Notes: generated from the sequence alone by a model not told the origin. 64,000 nucleotides of DNA from an uncultured Spirochaetota bacterium (GCA_963781885.1 CAWAHW010000002.1:531119-595118); one strand, 5' to 3'; positions 29,656 to 40,753 are shown, numbered from the stretch's first letter. A program made the numbers and translations.

Positions 29656-31146
29656 TCACACCCGTTTTCCGAACATCCTCGCGGCGCTCACGGCGGCATT
29701 CCATCCCTCGATCAACGCCGCGCGGGTGGTCCCGTCCATCGCGGGGGTGAAGACAGCGTCCGGCTGCCAGATCGTCGACAGCTCCTCCCGCGACGTCCAC
29801 AGGCCGCTTGAAAGACCGGCCGCGAATGCCGCGCCCAGCGCCGTCGTCTCGAAGCTGCGGGGACGAACGAGCGGCATGTCGAGGATGTCGGCCTGGAACT
29901 GCATGAGGAACGGGTTCATCGACGCGCCGCCGTCCACCCGCACCGACTGTATGCTCTGACCGGCGTCCGCCTCCATCGCTTCCACGAGGTCCCGGGTCTG
30001 GTAGGCGATGCTCTCAAGGGCGGCGCGCACCACCTGCTCCTGCCGGGTGCCGCGCGTGATGCCGAAAAGCGCCCCGCGCGCATCGGGGTCCCAGTGCGGC
30101 GCGCCCAGGCCGACGAATGCCGGCACGAAATACACCCCGCCGGTATCGGCCACGGCACGCGCCATGAGGTCCGACTCCGCGGCGCTGGAGAGGATGCGCA
30201 GCTCGTCGCGCAGCCACTGCACCACCGCGCCGCCGATGAACACGGAGCCCTCCAGCGCGTACTCCCTGCCGCTGCCGAGGTCCCAGGCGATCGTCGTCAG
30301 GAGCCGGTTGCGCGACTCCACGGGTGCGCCGCCCGTGAAGAGAAGACAGAAGCAGCCGGTGCCGTAGGTCACCTTCACGGCACCCGGCTGCAGGCAGGCC
30401 TGGCCCAGCAGCGCGGCCTGCTGATCGCCGAGCACGCCGCGGACGGGTATCTCGGTGCCGAAGAGCTGCGCCGGGGCAACGCCGAAGTCGCCGGCGGACG
30501 TGGTCACCTCGGGGAGGATCGCGGCGGGCACCTCCAGGGAGGAGAGAATCTCGGAGTCCCAGCAGCCCTTGTGGATGTCGAAGAGGAGCGTCCGCGACGC
30601 GTTGGACGGATCCGTGAGGTGCCGCCCCGTGAGCATGCGGACGAGCCACGAATCCACCGTGCCGAAGCAGACATCGCCGGCCACCGCCTTCTCGCGAAGC
30701 CGGGGAATGTTCTGCAAGGCCCACATGATCTTCGTGCCGGAGAAATACGGGTCGAGGAGGAGGCCCGTGCGGCGGGTGATGGTCCGCTCCAGGTCGCGCG
30801 CGTGCAGGGCCTGGCAAATCTCGGTCGTGCGCCTGTCCTGCCAGACCAGCGCCGGGCAGAGGGGCGCGCCGGTCGCCCTGTCCCAGAAGACGGCCGTTTC
30901 GCGCTGGTTGGCGATGCCGATGGCCGCGATCCGGCCGGGCTCCACGCGCGCCTGTGCCACCGCCTCGCGCGCGGCGGCAAGCTCCGTCTCCCAGATCTCC
31001 ATCGGGTCGTGCTCGACCCATCCCGGCTTGGGATAGTGCTGGGTGAGCGGTTTCTGGGAGATGCCCAGGGGGCGCCCCTCCCGGTCGAAGACGATCGCGC
31101 GCGAGCTGGTGGTGCCCTGGTCGAGAGCGAGGATGCAGTTGCGCAT
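29656..31146 (-). CDS. glpK: Glycerol kinase
   Basis: 496 aa. FGGY-family signature with a glycerol-kinase N-terminus (ALDQGTTSSRAIVFD). Confidence 0.85.
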   Translation of the reverse strand: MRNCILALDQGTTSSRAIVFDREGRPLGISQKPLTQHYPKPGWVEHDPMEIWETELAAAREAVAQARVEPGRIAAIGIANQRETAVFWDRATGAPLCPALVWQDRRTTEICQALHARDLERTITRRTGLLLDPYFSGTKIMWALQNIPRLREKAVAGDVCFGTVDSWLVRMLTGRHLTDPSNASRTLLFDIHKGCWDSEILSSLEVPAAILPEVTTSAGDFGVAPAQLFGTEIPVRGVLGDQQAALLGQACLQPGAVKVTYGTGCFCLLFTGGAPVESRNRLLTTIAWDLGSGREYALEGSVFIGGAVVQWLRDELRILSSAAESDLMARAVADTGGVYFVPAFVGLGAPHWDPDARGALFGITRGTRQEQVVRAALESIAYQTRDLVEAMEADAGQSIQSVRVDGGASMNPFLMQFQADILDMPLVRPRSFETTALGAAFAAGLSSGLWTSREELSTIWQPDAVFTPAMDGTTRAALIEGWNAAVSAARMFGKRV

Positions 31147-31181
31147 GCCCTCAGTATATCAGTGCCTTGCCGCTTGCGCGA

Positions 31182-31886
31182 TCAGCGGGCGACGGGCGCG
31201 GACGGGTAGGGGCCGGAAAGGACGCCGTAGCCTGCATCGGCGTTCCATACAAAAACGCGGAACTGGAAGCCGCCGGCGAACGCCGGGGAGCTTGCCGCGA
31301 TCGACGAGACGGCAAGCGGCGCATTGGAGGCCCCGAGGGGATAGGCGGCCATGAACTTCCCATCGTTCCCGTAGACCCATATCTCCGCGTTCTTGCCTGC
31401 CCCCGTCACGTTGATGAGCCCGTTCTCCACGCGCGCGGTGGGATACTTTGCATTCGCGGCGAACGTCGTGCGGGCCGGCACGGTGAGCGTATCCTCCACG
31501 GTGTCGCCGCCGCTGTTCTGGAGAACCACCCGGTAGTCCCCGCTGGGGAAGGGGGTCGTGCCGGGCATGGCGATGGACGTGCTGCCGATCCAGTTTTCGC
31601 CCTCCGCCACCGCGCTTACCCAGGCGGTGCTGTCCACCTTCCAGAAAAGCTCGGCGTCGTCGTTGATCACGTAGAATGCGCTGAGGTTTTCCATGCCGTC
31701 GGGATCGCTGGCCACGAGAAAGACGCCGAGCGTTTCGGCATTCACGCCCGTGGCCGGGTCGTGCGTGTAGATCACCCGGCCGTAGACGCGCGAAAGCTCG
31801 GGAGGCTTGCCCGAGCATCCCGCCAGGACGGCAAGACACGTCAGAAGCGCGCCTGCAATGACGCCGAGCAGGACTGGTCGCTTCAC
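31182..31886 (-). CDS. Lipoprotein, function unknown
   Basis: Signal peptide with an LAGC lipobox. 234 aa. 4-nt overlap with the upstream gene. Confidence 0.6.
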   Translation of the reverse strand: MKRPVLLGVIAGALLTCLAVLAGCSGKPPELSRVYGRVIYTHDPATGVNAETLGVFLVASDPDGMENLSAFYVINDDAELFWKVDSTAWVSAVAEGENWIGSTSIAMPGTTPFPSGDYRVVLQNSGGDTVEDTLTVPARTTFAANAKYPTARVENGLINVTGAGKNAEIWVYGNDGKFMAAYPLGASNAPLAVSSIAASSPAFAGGFQFRVFVWNADAGYGVLSGPYPSAPVAR

Positions 31887-33001
31887 AGGCCTTCCAGGAC
31901 CGCCGTTCGCCGGCAGTCGGAGAGCCGGCGCCGCAGGTAGTCGTGGTCGAGCTCGAGGTCCTTCACGAGCTGGAGGAAAAGCTCATTGGGCACCAGATTC
32001 TGCTCCGTAAAGAGGAAGAGAAGCGCCTTTTCCGCGATACAGGAGACGCGGAGGGAGTTCATGCCGATCTCGTCGTAGGAGCTTGCAAACTGCGCGTACA
32101 ACCGGGACCGGGGGAGATTGCACTTCACCAGGCCCAGCTCTTCACGCAACTGGTGCGGCTCGCCCCGCGACGCCTGCTCGCCCAGGGGCTTCAGGATCAG
32201 GTAGGTGTATTCCTTGCCGGGCAGGTGGTGATGGTCGTCGCATCGCGTGCAGTAGTTCGGCTCGCGCGGATCGTCGCTCGCCCGGTCGCCGCCGATCACG
32301 AGCAGGGGATCGAAATAGAGCGCCGGGCACTCGTAGCCGTCCACCGTATAAAAGCGGTAGGTATAGAAGGAATCCTGGAGGCACTCGGGATGCTCGCAGT
32401 AGGCGGTGAGGGGGAAAACGTCGGTGGCGGTATCCAGGAGCAGGCGCGCCGTCGTGTTGAATATCTCCCGGCGGAAGTTCAGGACGAGCGACGGAAAGAT
32501 GAAGGAGAGGCCGCGCGCGCGGGAGGCGTTCTGCACGACGTAGGCAAGACGCTCCTCGTAAAAGGAAGCCTCGTCGATCACCCAGGTCCCTGCCTCGGGG
32601 TGTTCCGCCATGACGCGCTCCAGGTCGAAGGAGTTGGCGATCTCGGCGATGTTCGTGCCGCAGCGGACGTAGCCGCCGCGGTAGGGCAGGGCGTCGGGAG
32701 GGTAGTCGGGGAAACGCTTGGCGTCCAGCGCGGAGCGGATGAAGAAGACGATGCGCCTGTCCGCCCCGTCCGTGCGCGTCTGCTCGGCGGCGGCGCCGGT
32801 CTTGCGCCGGGCCACCTCGGAATCCCGCCAGATGCGCGCCGAGAACTCCGTCTTGCCCGATCCCATGGAGCCGATCACGAGGATCCGGCGGGACGGCCGG
32901 GAGAAATCGAAATGGTTGAAGGAATGGTGCACCTTCACCTCGGGGAAACCGAGGCTTTTCAGGAAGGTCTGCGTATCACGGCTGTCGGTTCCCGCGTCCA
33001 T
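31883..33001 (-). CDS. P-loop NTPase, thymidine-kinase-like core with Cys/His-rich C-terminal extension (hypothetical)
   Basis: GSMGSGKT Walker A, VIDEASF Walker B, and Cys/His pairs (CEHPEC, CTRCDDHHH). 372 aa, about twice the length of a canonical TK. Confidence 0.5.
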   Translation of the reverse strand: MDAGTDSRDTQTFLKSLGFPEVKVHHSFNHFDFSRPSRRILVIGSMGSGKTEFSARIWRDSEVARRKTGAAAEQTRTDGADRRIVFFIRSALDAKRFPDYPPDALPYRGGYVRCGTNIAEIANSFDLERVMAEHPEAGTWVIDEASFYEERLAYVVQNASRARGLSFIFPSLVLNFRREIFNTTARLLLDTATDVFPLTAYCEHPECLQDSFYTYRFYTVDGYECPALYFDPLLVIGGDRASDDPREPNYCTRCDDHHHLPGKEYTYLILKPLGEQASRGEPHQLREELGLVKCNLPRSRLYAQFASSYDEIGMNSLRVSCIAEKALLFLFTEQNLVPNELFLQLVKDLELDHDYLRRRLSDCRRTAVLEGL

Positions 33002-33031
33002 GCGGTTGGAGAATAGACCCCGCGGCCGGCG

Positions 33032-33172
33032 TGGTCAATGGCAAGCAGTTCTCATTTTGGACCTTCCTATGGATACGAAACTGCATGGGCGCTCTGAAAT
33101 TGCCCGCATATCGTGGGACAAAATGAGAACTGCATCCCTCGGTCACCATTGCGAGAGTTGCTGGTCAATGGC
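33032..33172. repeat. Structured intergenic element: 14-bp perfect inverted repeat (CAGTTCTCATTTTG/CAAAATGAGAACTG) flanked by an 11-bp direct repeat TGGTCAATGGC
   Basis: Read directly: IR arms at 33046-33059 and 33119-33132; direct repeats at 33032-33042 and 33162-33172. Confidence 0.5.
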
Positions 33173-33177
33173 GCGCT

Positions 33178-36100
33178 TCAAAAGAGGGGGAGCTGTCGGC
33201 TTTTGCGTCGCCGATTCGGCAGCGTGCTGCGGAGAGAGAGGGGGATGTCGCCGATGAAACGCGACGGAAGGCATTCACGGAGCTGGCCGTACACGCGGCG
33301 CCTCGCGCAATGGCTGATGAAGAGCCGGTCGCCCGCGCGCGTCATGGCCACGTAGAAGAGCCGCCGTTCCTCTGCCAGGTCGTCCGGCAGAGGGGTGATG
33401 CCTTCCTCGGCTCCCGCGATGAAAACGACCGGGAACTCCAGGCCTTTCGCCGCGTGGAACGTGAGGAGCGTCACCTTCTGCGCGGGGCGCGGCCCCTCGC
33501 TCTCCCGTGCGCACAGAGACACGTGTGAGAGAAAACCGGGCAGGTCGGTCCCGAAGCGCGCGGCGCTGGACCTGATGGTCTCTTCGCCGAGGGTGATATC
33601 CGGCACCGTCCGATCCAGCGGTATGGCCGTCTGCATCACCAGGTCCAGCGCCGCGCAGATTCCGGCGTCCGCCGCGGTGCGGGCCATCAGCGCGCCATTC
33701 GCCAGGATCGCGTCCAGGGCTCCCGTCGTGCCGGTGCGCTTCTCGTGCCGGCGGAGGATGTGGAGCGCCACCGCGTCCGCCGGGTCGGCGGCGAGATTGA
33801 GCGCGGCGATCAGGGCATCGAAGGGTTCATCGTCGGCGAGCGGCGCATTGGAGGCGACTGCAAGAGGAAGCCCGGCCTCCTGCAGGGACGGCAGCAAGGC
33901 ATCCCGGACGGCGCGGGTGCGAAAAAGCACGGCGATGTCGGAAAAGGCATACCCGGTCGCTTCCCGCCCGCGTGCGGCGTCGACGGAGACGGAGTCCACT
34001 CCTCCGACGAGGCCCCGAATTTCACCCGCGATGAAGCGTCCTTCCTCTTCCGGGTCGCTCACCGCGGCGACGCGTATCGCCTGCCCCGGGCCACGGACCG
34101 CCGACAGCAAAGGGCCGTCCTGCCCGCGATCCCTCGCGATGACGGCCGCGGATGCCTCCACGATGCAAGCGCTCGACCGGTAATTGCGTCCAAGGGAATA
34201 AGACTCCGACCGTGAGAGAAGGGCAAAACGCTGGAAGAGCTCCCGGTCCGATCCGCGGAATCCGTAGATGGCCTGGTCGGGATCGCCGATGCAGAACACG
34301 GCCCCCACGTGCGCCGCGAGAAGCTCCAGCAGCGCGAACTGCGGCGTATTGATGTCCTGCAGCTCGTCCACGGCAACGGCGCAGAAGCGCCGGCCGATCG
34401 ATGCACAGAGGGACGAATCTGCCCGGAGAATACCGACGAGCTTTCCCACGAGGCCCGCGATGTCGACGCAGCCTGCCCCGGCGATTTCCGTCTCGTAGGC
34501 GGCAATCGCCGCCGCCAGGTCGGGGTCCGGCAGGGCTTTACCCTCCCACGCGCTTTCCATGGCGGTGGAAAGCCCGCGGATGCGGGTGGCTGGCTCGGCC
34601 GGAAAAAGCATTTCCAGATGCGCACGCCGCCGCGCGGGCGTGACCACGCTGGGTGAGGAGAGGATCGAGCTCGCGGAGGAGCGACCAGCTGAATGAATGG
34701 AACGTTGCCACGGTCGCGTCGGCCGCACGGGCCGGCGCCAGCCGGGCGAGTCTTTCGGAAAGCTCTCCGGCCGCTCGGGTCGTGAAGGTGAGGGCAAGGC
34801 CCCTGCCGCTGCCGCCATCGCCGCGCCCGCTCGCCTGCGCGAGCCAGTGGGTGAGGAGCCGGGTCTTTCCCGACCCGGGCCCCGCGCTCACGACGATGCG
34901 CGGCGCCGCACTTTCCACGATGGCGCGCTGCGCCGCGTCGAGTGCATCGACAGGCACCGAAGTTGCAGGTCCGCGTCCCGCGGCGCGGTCTGCGTCGCCG
35001 CGCGGCGACACGGCAGCCTGCACCCGGCGCGCGGACCGCCGGACTGCGGGGAAAAGCTCGTCCTGGCCGCGCAGCCGTTCCCGCTCATCGTCGCCGAACA
35101 CCCGTATGACGCCGAACTCGCCGTCGTAGCCGGGCCGCGCATCGATCCTGCCTTCCCGCATGCGGGTCACCGCTTCTGCCAGCAGGGCGCCGTGTCGGCG
35201 TCGGATGTCCTCGACCGGTGCGTCCAGCAGGAGGCCGTACTCGCTGCCGAACGCGCCCACGATGCGCGCGTAGGCGGAGACGACCGCGCGCGAGCCGACC
35301 CCCGCGCCGGCAAGCTCCGCGAGAAGCTCGGCAAGCGGGATGAGGGAATGAAAACCTTCGCCGGGTCGCGGCGGCGCGGGTGCCGCACGGTCGGCAAGGG
35401 CCATCACGCGGCTCAGCACGCCGATCGTGAGGGGCGTGCCGCACACCGGGCACATCCCCCCCGCCTCCCGCGAGCGCGCGGGCTCCCAGCAGATGCCGCA
35501 CGTGCGGTGGCCGTCGAGGTGGTACTTGCCTTCCTCGGGATAGAACTCGCAGGTGCCCAGGAATCCGTGCCCGGTGCGAAGCGCATCCGTTACCCCGCGC
35601 CAGCTGGGCTCGGTGTCCAGGAGATTGGCCTCCCGGCCGAGATTCGGCGGCGAGTGCGCGTCGGAGTTGGAGACCAGCCGGTAACGGTCCAGCGCGCTCC
35701 ATCTCCAGTTCATGGCGGGGTCGGAGGAGAGGCCTGTCTCCAGCGCGAAGATGTACGGCGTGAGCTCCTCGAAACAGTCCTCGATGCGGTCGAAGCCGGA
35801 CTTCGACCCGAAGAGGGAGAACCAGGGCGTCCAGATGTGCGCCGGTATCAGGAAGGAGTCCGGGTTTGTTTCCAGGAGCAGCGACAGCAGGTCTTTTGGA
35901 TCGAGCCCGAGTATCGGCCTGCCGTCGGAGGCGATGTTGCCAATGCGCGCGAGCTTCGCGGCAAGATGCCGTGCATCCTCCAGCGTCGGCACGCCGATGA
36001 GGCTGTGCACCTTGTGCACGACGCCGTGCTTCCTGTAGATGGAGCTGATCTCGGTCGTGGGGAGAAAGCGCACGTCCCGGTCCGCCGGTGCGGCGCCTTC

Positions 36101-36322
36101 CAGCGGTGAATCCCGCGGGGGATCCTTCAGGACGTAGAGACCGTCACGCTCCACGAGGGATTCGCTGAGCTCCGCGAACCACTGGGGATGCGTGAAGTCC
36201 CCCGTGCCGACGATGTCGATTCCCTTGACCCGGGCCCAACGATGGAACCCATTCAGGTCCGCCTCCCTGCTCGTGGCCCGGGAATACCGGGAATGCACGT
36301 GCAGGTCGGCGACGAGCCTCAT
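33178..36322 (-). pseudogene. PHP-domain (COG1379-like, Zn-ribbon) fused to UvrD/PcrA-type helicase, frameshifted at ~34640-34700
   Basis: N-terminal PHP (MRLVADLHVHSRYS), CxxC...CxxC ribbon, then Walker A GPGSGKT and TFHSF in the frame ending at 34538. Remaining helicase motifs (DELQD, GDPDQ, SxGRNYRS, VALTRA-like) lie in frame 33178-34818. Confidence 0.65.
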
Positions 36323-36912
36323 ACGCTCTTTGCGAAGATCGTCCTGATTTCTTCCTTTGCGCCGTCCAGCACCTCGCCGTATTTCACGTCGAGCTGGGAC
36401 AGGTATTGGCGCACCATGCTCTGGAACTCGGGGTCCTGGGCGGGGTTGATCTTCACCTGTCTTCCCATCTGCCGGGAAAGATCCTCTTCCTTCTTGCGGA
36501 GCTTCGGCCCGTATTGCTTCTCAATGGCTTCCACCAGCCGCTTGCGCTCGCCGAGGTATTCCTTGAAGAAGCCGTCGAGCTGGCTGAAGATCATGCCCAC
36601 CTTCTTCGCGTCGGTCACGGCGGAGGCAATGGCATCGCCCAGGCGCTTCGTGTCCTTTGCGCCGAAGTCGTCCACCGGGAGCACGAGGTTGGCGAGGAGT
36701 GACTGCATGAGGCCCTCGCGGACGAGCTTGCCCGTGGCCGGCTCATATGCCTTCAGCGCCGGCTTCAGGTCGAAGGCCGGGTCGTCGAGCACCTTGAAGG
36801 CGAGCTTCTTGCCCTCGTCGCGGAGACGATTCGCCTCCAGGAGCTCCTTGTTGGCTTCGATATCCTTCGAGTTTTCCATGGCGATTTCAAGCGCCGATTT
36901 TATCGTTCCCAT
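36319..36912 (-). CDS. Hypothetical alpha-helical protein
   Basis: Start MGTIKSALEI at 36912 with a GGGAG RBS. 197 aa. 4-nt overlap with the helicase start. Confidence 0.5.
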   Translation of the reverse strand: MGTIKSALEIAMENSKDIEANKELLEANRLRDEGKKLAFKVLDDPAFDLKPALKAYEPATGKLVREGLMQSLLANLVLPVDDFGAKDTKRLGDAIASAVTDAKKVGMIFSQLDGFFKEYLGERKRLVEAIEKQYGPKLRKKEEDLSRQMGRQVKINPAQDPEFQSMVRQYLSQLDVKYGEVLDGAKEEIRTIFAKSV

Positions 36913-36961
36913 GTTTTCACTCCCTGTCAGGAAAGAAATGTACCCGGGGCATCGCAAGGAA

Positions 36962-37559
36962 TCAAGCCCGGCCCCGCGCGCGTGGTGTCATGATCGTCTC
37001 AGTGTCGGTGACGATGCCGTCCACGCGCTGATCGCTCGGCCCATGCGGCACCGCCTCCACGAGCTGAAAGGAGAAACAGACGGCAATGACGGCAATCGCA
37101 GGGGAAACCCGGCGCGCATCGAGCAGGAATCGGTCGTAGTAGCCCTTGCCGCGCCCCAGCCTGTTGCCGTCGCGGTCGAAGGCGAGCCCCGGGGCTGCCA
37201 CCAGCGGACGCGCCGCGCGCGATGGATCCATCGCCGGCCACGACGGGTCGGGCACGGGGATGCCCCAACGGTCGCGGGGAAGCTCGACGGCGCGAGGCGG
37301 GAGTATCAGGAACACGGATATCGTCACCGACGATGCGCGGCACGGCCACAGCCTTGCCCTGGCCGCGCGCGGCGGCAATGAGGGGCGCCGTGTCCAGCTC
37401 GCGCGGCATGGACAGGAAGGCGAGAACGAGGTCTGCCGCCGCCCATTCGCCAGTCGCCGCAAGGCGCGCGGCGACGCGGGCGCTCCGTTCGGCACGCGCG
37501 GCGGGAGAAAGCGCGGCGAGCGCCGCCGTCATGGCGGTGCGCATTTCGGGCTTGTTCAT
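36962..37559 (-). pseudogene. 5-formyltetrahydrofolate cyclo-ligase (MTHFS), frameshifted at ~37320
   Basis: N-terminus (MNKPEMRTAMTAALAALSP...PRIVGDDI) is in frame 36999-37643. C-terminus (GLAFDRDGNRLGRGKGYYDRFL...VDGIVTD) is in frame 36962-37495. Confidence 0.65.
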
Positions 37560-37589
37560 GCTACAGTCATACGGGTGAGGAGGCAGGCG

Positions 37590-39343
37590 ATGCAAGAGCG
37601 CACGCAACGGACCGCGGCACGCGCGGCGGCAGCAATTCGCCAAGCCCGGATCTCTGGGACAGGGTCCGTGAAAGCGTCATCGGCCGCAACGCATCGCTTC
37701 TGACACCGTTCGGAAGAAGACGCCTCACGTATGCCGACCACACGGCGTCGGGACGCGCGGTCACGTTCATCGAGGACTACATACGGGACGTCCTGGCCGA
37801 GTACGGAAACACGCACACGGAGGACGACGCCACCGGGACCATCACCTCCGAGAGGCTGCGCGAGGCGGAGGCGTCTATCAAGCGTCTCGTGCACGCGGGG
37901 CCCGCGCACAAGATCATCTGCGTGGGCGCGGGGACGACTGCCGCCGTCCATCAGCTCCAGCAGATACTGGGAATCTACCTGCCGCCGGCGGGCAGGGACA
38001 TGTTCGACAAGCTCCTGAAGGCGGGCCTTCCCGCCGCGGACGGCGCGCTGCTGCGCGAGCGTCTGGAGGCGGCCCGGCCCGTGGTCTTCGTGGGCCCGTA
38101 CGAGCACCATTCGAACGAGGTCTCCTGGCGGGAGTGCTTCGCTGAGGTGGTCGAGATCGAGCTCACGGCTGGCGGGCTCGTGGACCTCGACGATCTGCGC
38201 GCCAAGGTGGCGCGGCCGGTCTACGCGCAGCGGCGGAAGATCGGCGCGTTTTCCGCGGCATCGAACGTCTCAGGGGTGAGGACGCCGGTCCGCGAGGTCG
38301 CGCGCATCCTGCACGAAGCAGGAGCGCTTGCATTCTTCGATTTCGCCGCCAGCGCGCCGTATGACGTGGTCGATATGAGCGATGCGAGCGGCCCTTTGGA
38401 CGCCGTCTATTTCTCGCCGCACAAGTTTCTCGGGGGGCCGGGGAGCTGCGGGGTGCTGATCATCCACGAAAGCATCTACCGCGCCGACCTTCCGCCCACC
38501 GTCGGGGCCGGCGGCACGGTGGACTTCGTGAACTTTGACGGCCAGGCCTACAGCCCCGACATCGAGGTCCGGGAAAAACCCGGCACGCCGGGCATCCTCC
38601 AGACGCTCCGAGCCGCGCTCGCCATGGAGCTGAAGGAAGCGCTCGACCCCGCGCGGATCGCCCGGCGGGAGGAGGAGTTGTGCCGGCGCGCCCACGCGCG
38701 GCTTTCGGCGCATCCGGCCATCGACCTGATCGGCAATGTGGCACCCGAGCATCGGCTGCCCATATTCTCCTTCAATATCCGGGTGGGCACCTCGTGGCTG
38801 CACCCGCGTTTCGTGGCGACGCTCCTGAACGACCTCTTCGGCATCCAGAGCAGGGCAGGATGCTCCTGCGCCGCCCCGTACGGGCATCGCATCCTCCACA
38901 TCGACACGCGCACCTCCCAGGAGCTTCGCCGCTCCATCATGCGCGGCAATGTCGGCCTGAAGCCGGGCTGGGCGCGCGTCAATTTCCATTTCCTCCACGA
39001 CGACGCGGAGGTGGACTTCATCTGCGATGCGATACTTTTCATCGCCGACCACGGGAAGCGCTTCCTGCCCTTCTACAAGTTCGATGTCCACACCGGCACC
39101 TGGCGGCATGTGGGCAGTGTGCCGGCCCCCAGGGCCTTCGGTATCCAGGCTGCCCTTGACGGCGCGCGGGCCGAAGATGCGCATGACGCGCCGGAGCCCG
39201 ACCTCGTCCGGCTGTTCGAAGGCTATCTCGAAGAAGCTGCCGCGCTCGTCGAAGCGGGTAGCACCTCCTGGCGGGACGATGAGCTGAAAAAGACCGAAGA
39301 AGACCTGATACCATTCGTCTACATGGGAGACGATGCACGGTGA
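37590..39343 (+). pseudogene. Aminotransferase class V-fold PLP-dependent enzyme, frameshift in the C-run at ~37646-37648
   Basis: ATG 37590 with a GAGGAGG RBS gives MQERTQRTAARAAAAIRQA. A -1 nt shift then continues into PDLWDRVRESVIGRNAS...TYADHTASGRAV...SPHKFLGGPGS (the 37889-39343 frame extended upstream). Confidence 0.65.
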
Positions 39344-39418
39344 GCCCGCTTCCAACACCCTCCACAGGCTCGGAGCAACAGCTCCCAATGGATCGATTGA
39401 CGAAAGGAGAACGTGATC

Positions 39419-40699
39419 ATGGCAGGATCGATGCTTTCATTCCCCCCTGGCTTTCTCTGGGGCACGGCCTCCGCCGGCTATCAGGTCGAGGGCGGCAACA
39501 CCACGTCGGACTGGACGGACTGGGAGAATGAGCCGGGGAGGATCGCTGCGGGCCAGAAGTCGGGGCGCGCCTGCGATTGGTGGTCGGGCGAGCGCTGGAA
39601 AGAGGACTTTGACAGAGCCGCTGCCGACGGGCAGCGCACGCACCGGCTGTCGGTGGAATGGAGCCGCATCGAGCCCGAACCGGGCAAATGGGACATGGAC
39701 GCCCTGGATCGCTACCGGCGCATGATCGTCGGGCTGCGCGACCGGGGCATGGAGCCCATGGTGACGCTCCATCACTTCGTGAACCCGCGCTGGGTCATGG
39801 AGCGTCAGGCGTGGGAGTCTCCCGCGATCGTGCCGCTCTTCGAGGCCTACACGCGCAAGGTCGTCGCGGCGCTGAAAGACGTTGTGAAGCTCTGGTGTAC
39901 GATCAATGAGCCGAACGTGCTGATGCTCTCTGGTTGGGTGGAGGGAAGCCACCCTCCCGGCAAGAAGAAGCTCGGGCTTGCGATGGAGGTCGCGCGCAAC
40001 ATCCTGCGCGCCCACGCCGCCTGCTACCGGGCCATCCATGAGCTGCAGCCGGATGCGCAGGTCGGGCTTCCCATCCATTTCCGTCCCCTCACGGCCGCGC
40101 GATCTTTCTTCCTGGACCGATGGGTGGCACGCAAGCAATTTGACCTTTTCAGCTCGGTTTTTCCCGATGCCATCCGCACGGGACGCGTCCGCGGCATCCT
40201 CGGCTCAACGGCGGTGCCCGAAGCGAAAGGGACGATGGATTGGTTCGGTCTCAACTATTACACGGCGGATGTCATCACCTTCGACCTGCGCAAGCCGGGC
40301 CAGCTTTTCGGAAGCCGCGCATTTCCCCCGGGAGCAGAGTTGGACGAGGCAGGAGAGTTCGCGTACTACCCTGCCGGGCTTGCGTGGTCGCTGGATTGGG
40401 TGCGGCGAACGCTGGGCCTTCCGATCTACATTACGGAGAATGGCTTTGGCGACAGACAGGATACGATGAGGCCGCGCTACATCCTCGGCCATTTGCGGGA
40501 GGTCTGGCGTCATATCCAGGCGGGGGGAGACGTGCGGGGCTACTATCATTGGTCGCTCATCGACAACTTCGAATGGGAACGGGCCTGGACGCACAGGTTC
40601 GGGCTGTACGCGATGGACCCGGAAACCCTCGTGCGGACCCCGAGAAAATCCGCCCGCCTCTATGCCGAGAATCTGCAAGGCGGACGGCATCTCCCCTGA
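39419..40699 (+). CDS. Glycoside hydrolase family 1 (beta-glucosidase-like)
   Basis: GH1 catalytic NEP (TINEPN) and ITENG motifs. ATG 39419 with an AAGGAGA RBS. Confidence 0.8.
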   Translation: MAGSMLSFPPGFLWGTASAGYQVEGGNTTSDWTDWENEPGRIAAGQKSGRACDWWSGERWKEDFDRAAADGQRTHRLSVEWSRIEPEPGKWDMDALDRYRRMIVGLRDRGMEPMVTLHHFVNPRWVMERQAWESPAIVPLFEAYTRKVVAALKDVVKLWCTINEPNVLMLSGWVEGSHPPGKKKLGLAMEVARNILRAHAACYRAIHELQPDAQVGLPIHFRPLTAARSFFLDRWVARKQFDLFSSVFPDAIRTGRVRGILGSTAVPEAKGTMDWFGLNYYTADVITFDLRKPGQLFGSRAFPPGAELDEAGEFAYYPAGLAWSLDWVRRTLGLPIYITENGFGDRQDTMRPRYILGHLREVWRHIQAGGDVRGYYHWSLIDNFEWERAWTHRFGLYAMDPETLVRTPRKSARLYAENLQGGRHLP

Positions 40700-40753
40700 G
40701 ATGGTGTCACGCTATGCCCCCGAGCTGGCGGAGGGCTTTTTCGAAGACGTGAA

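Noticed and set aside
34697-36109. 470-aa plus-strand ORF antisense to the PHP-helicase
   Set aside because: Low-complexity antisense frame. The minus strand encodes conserved PHP and helicase motifs.
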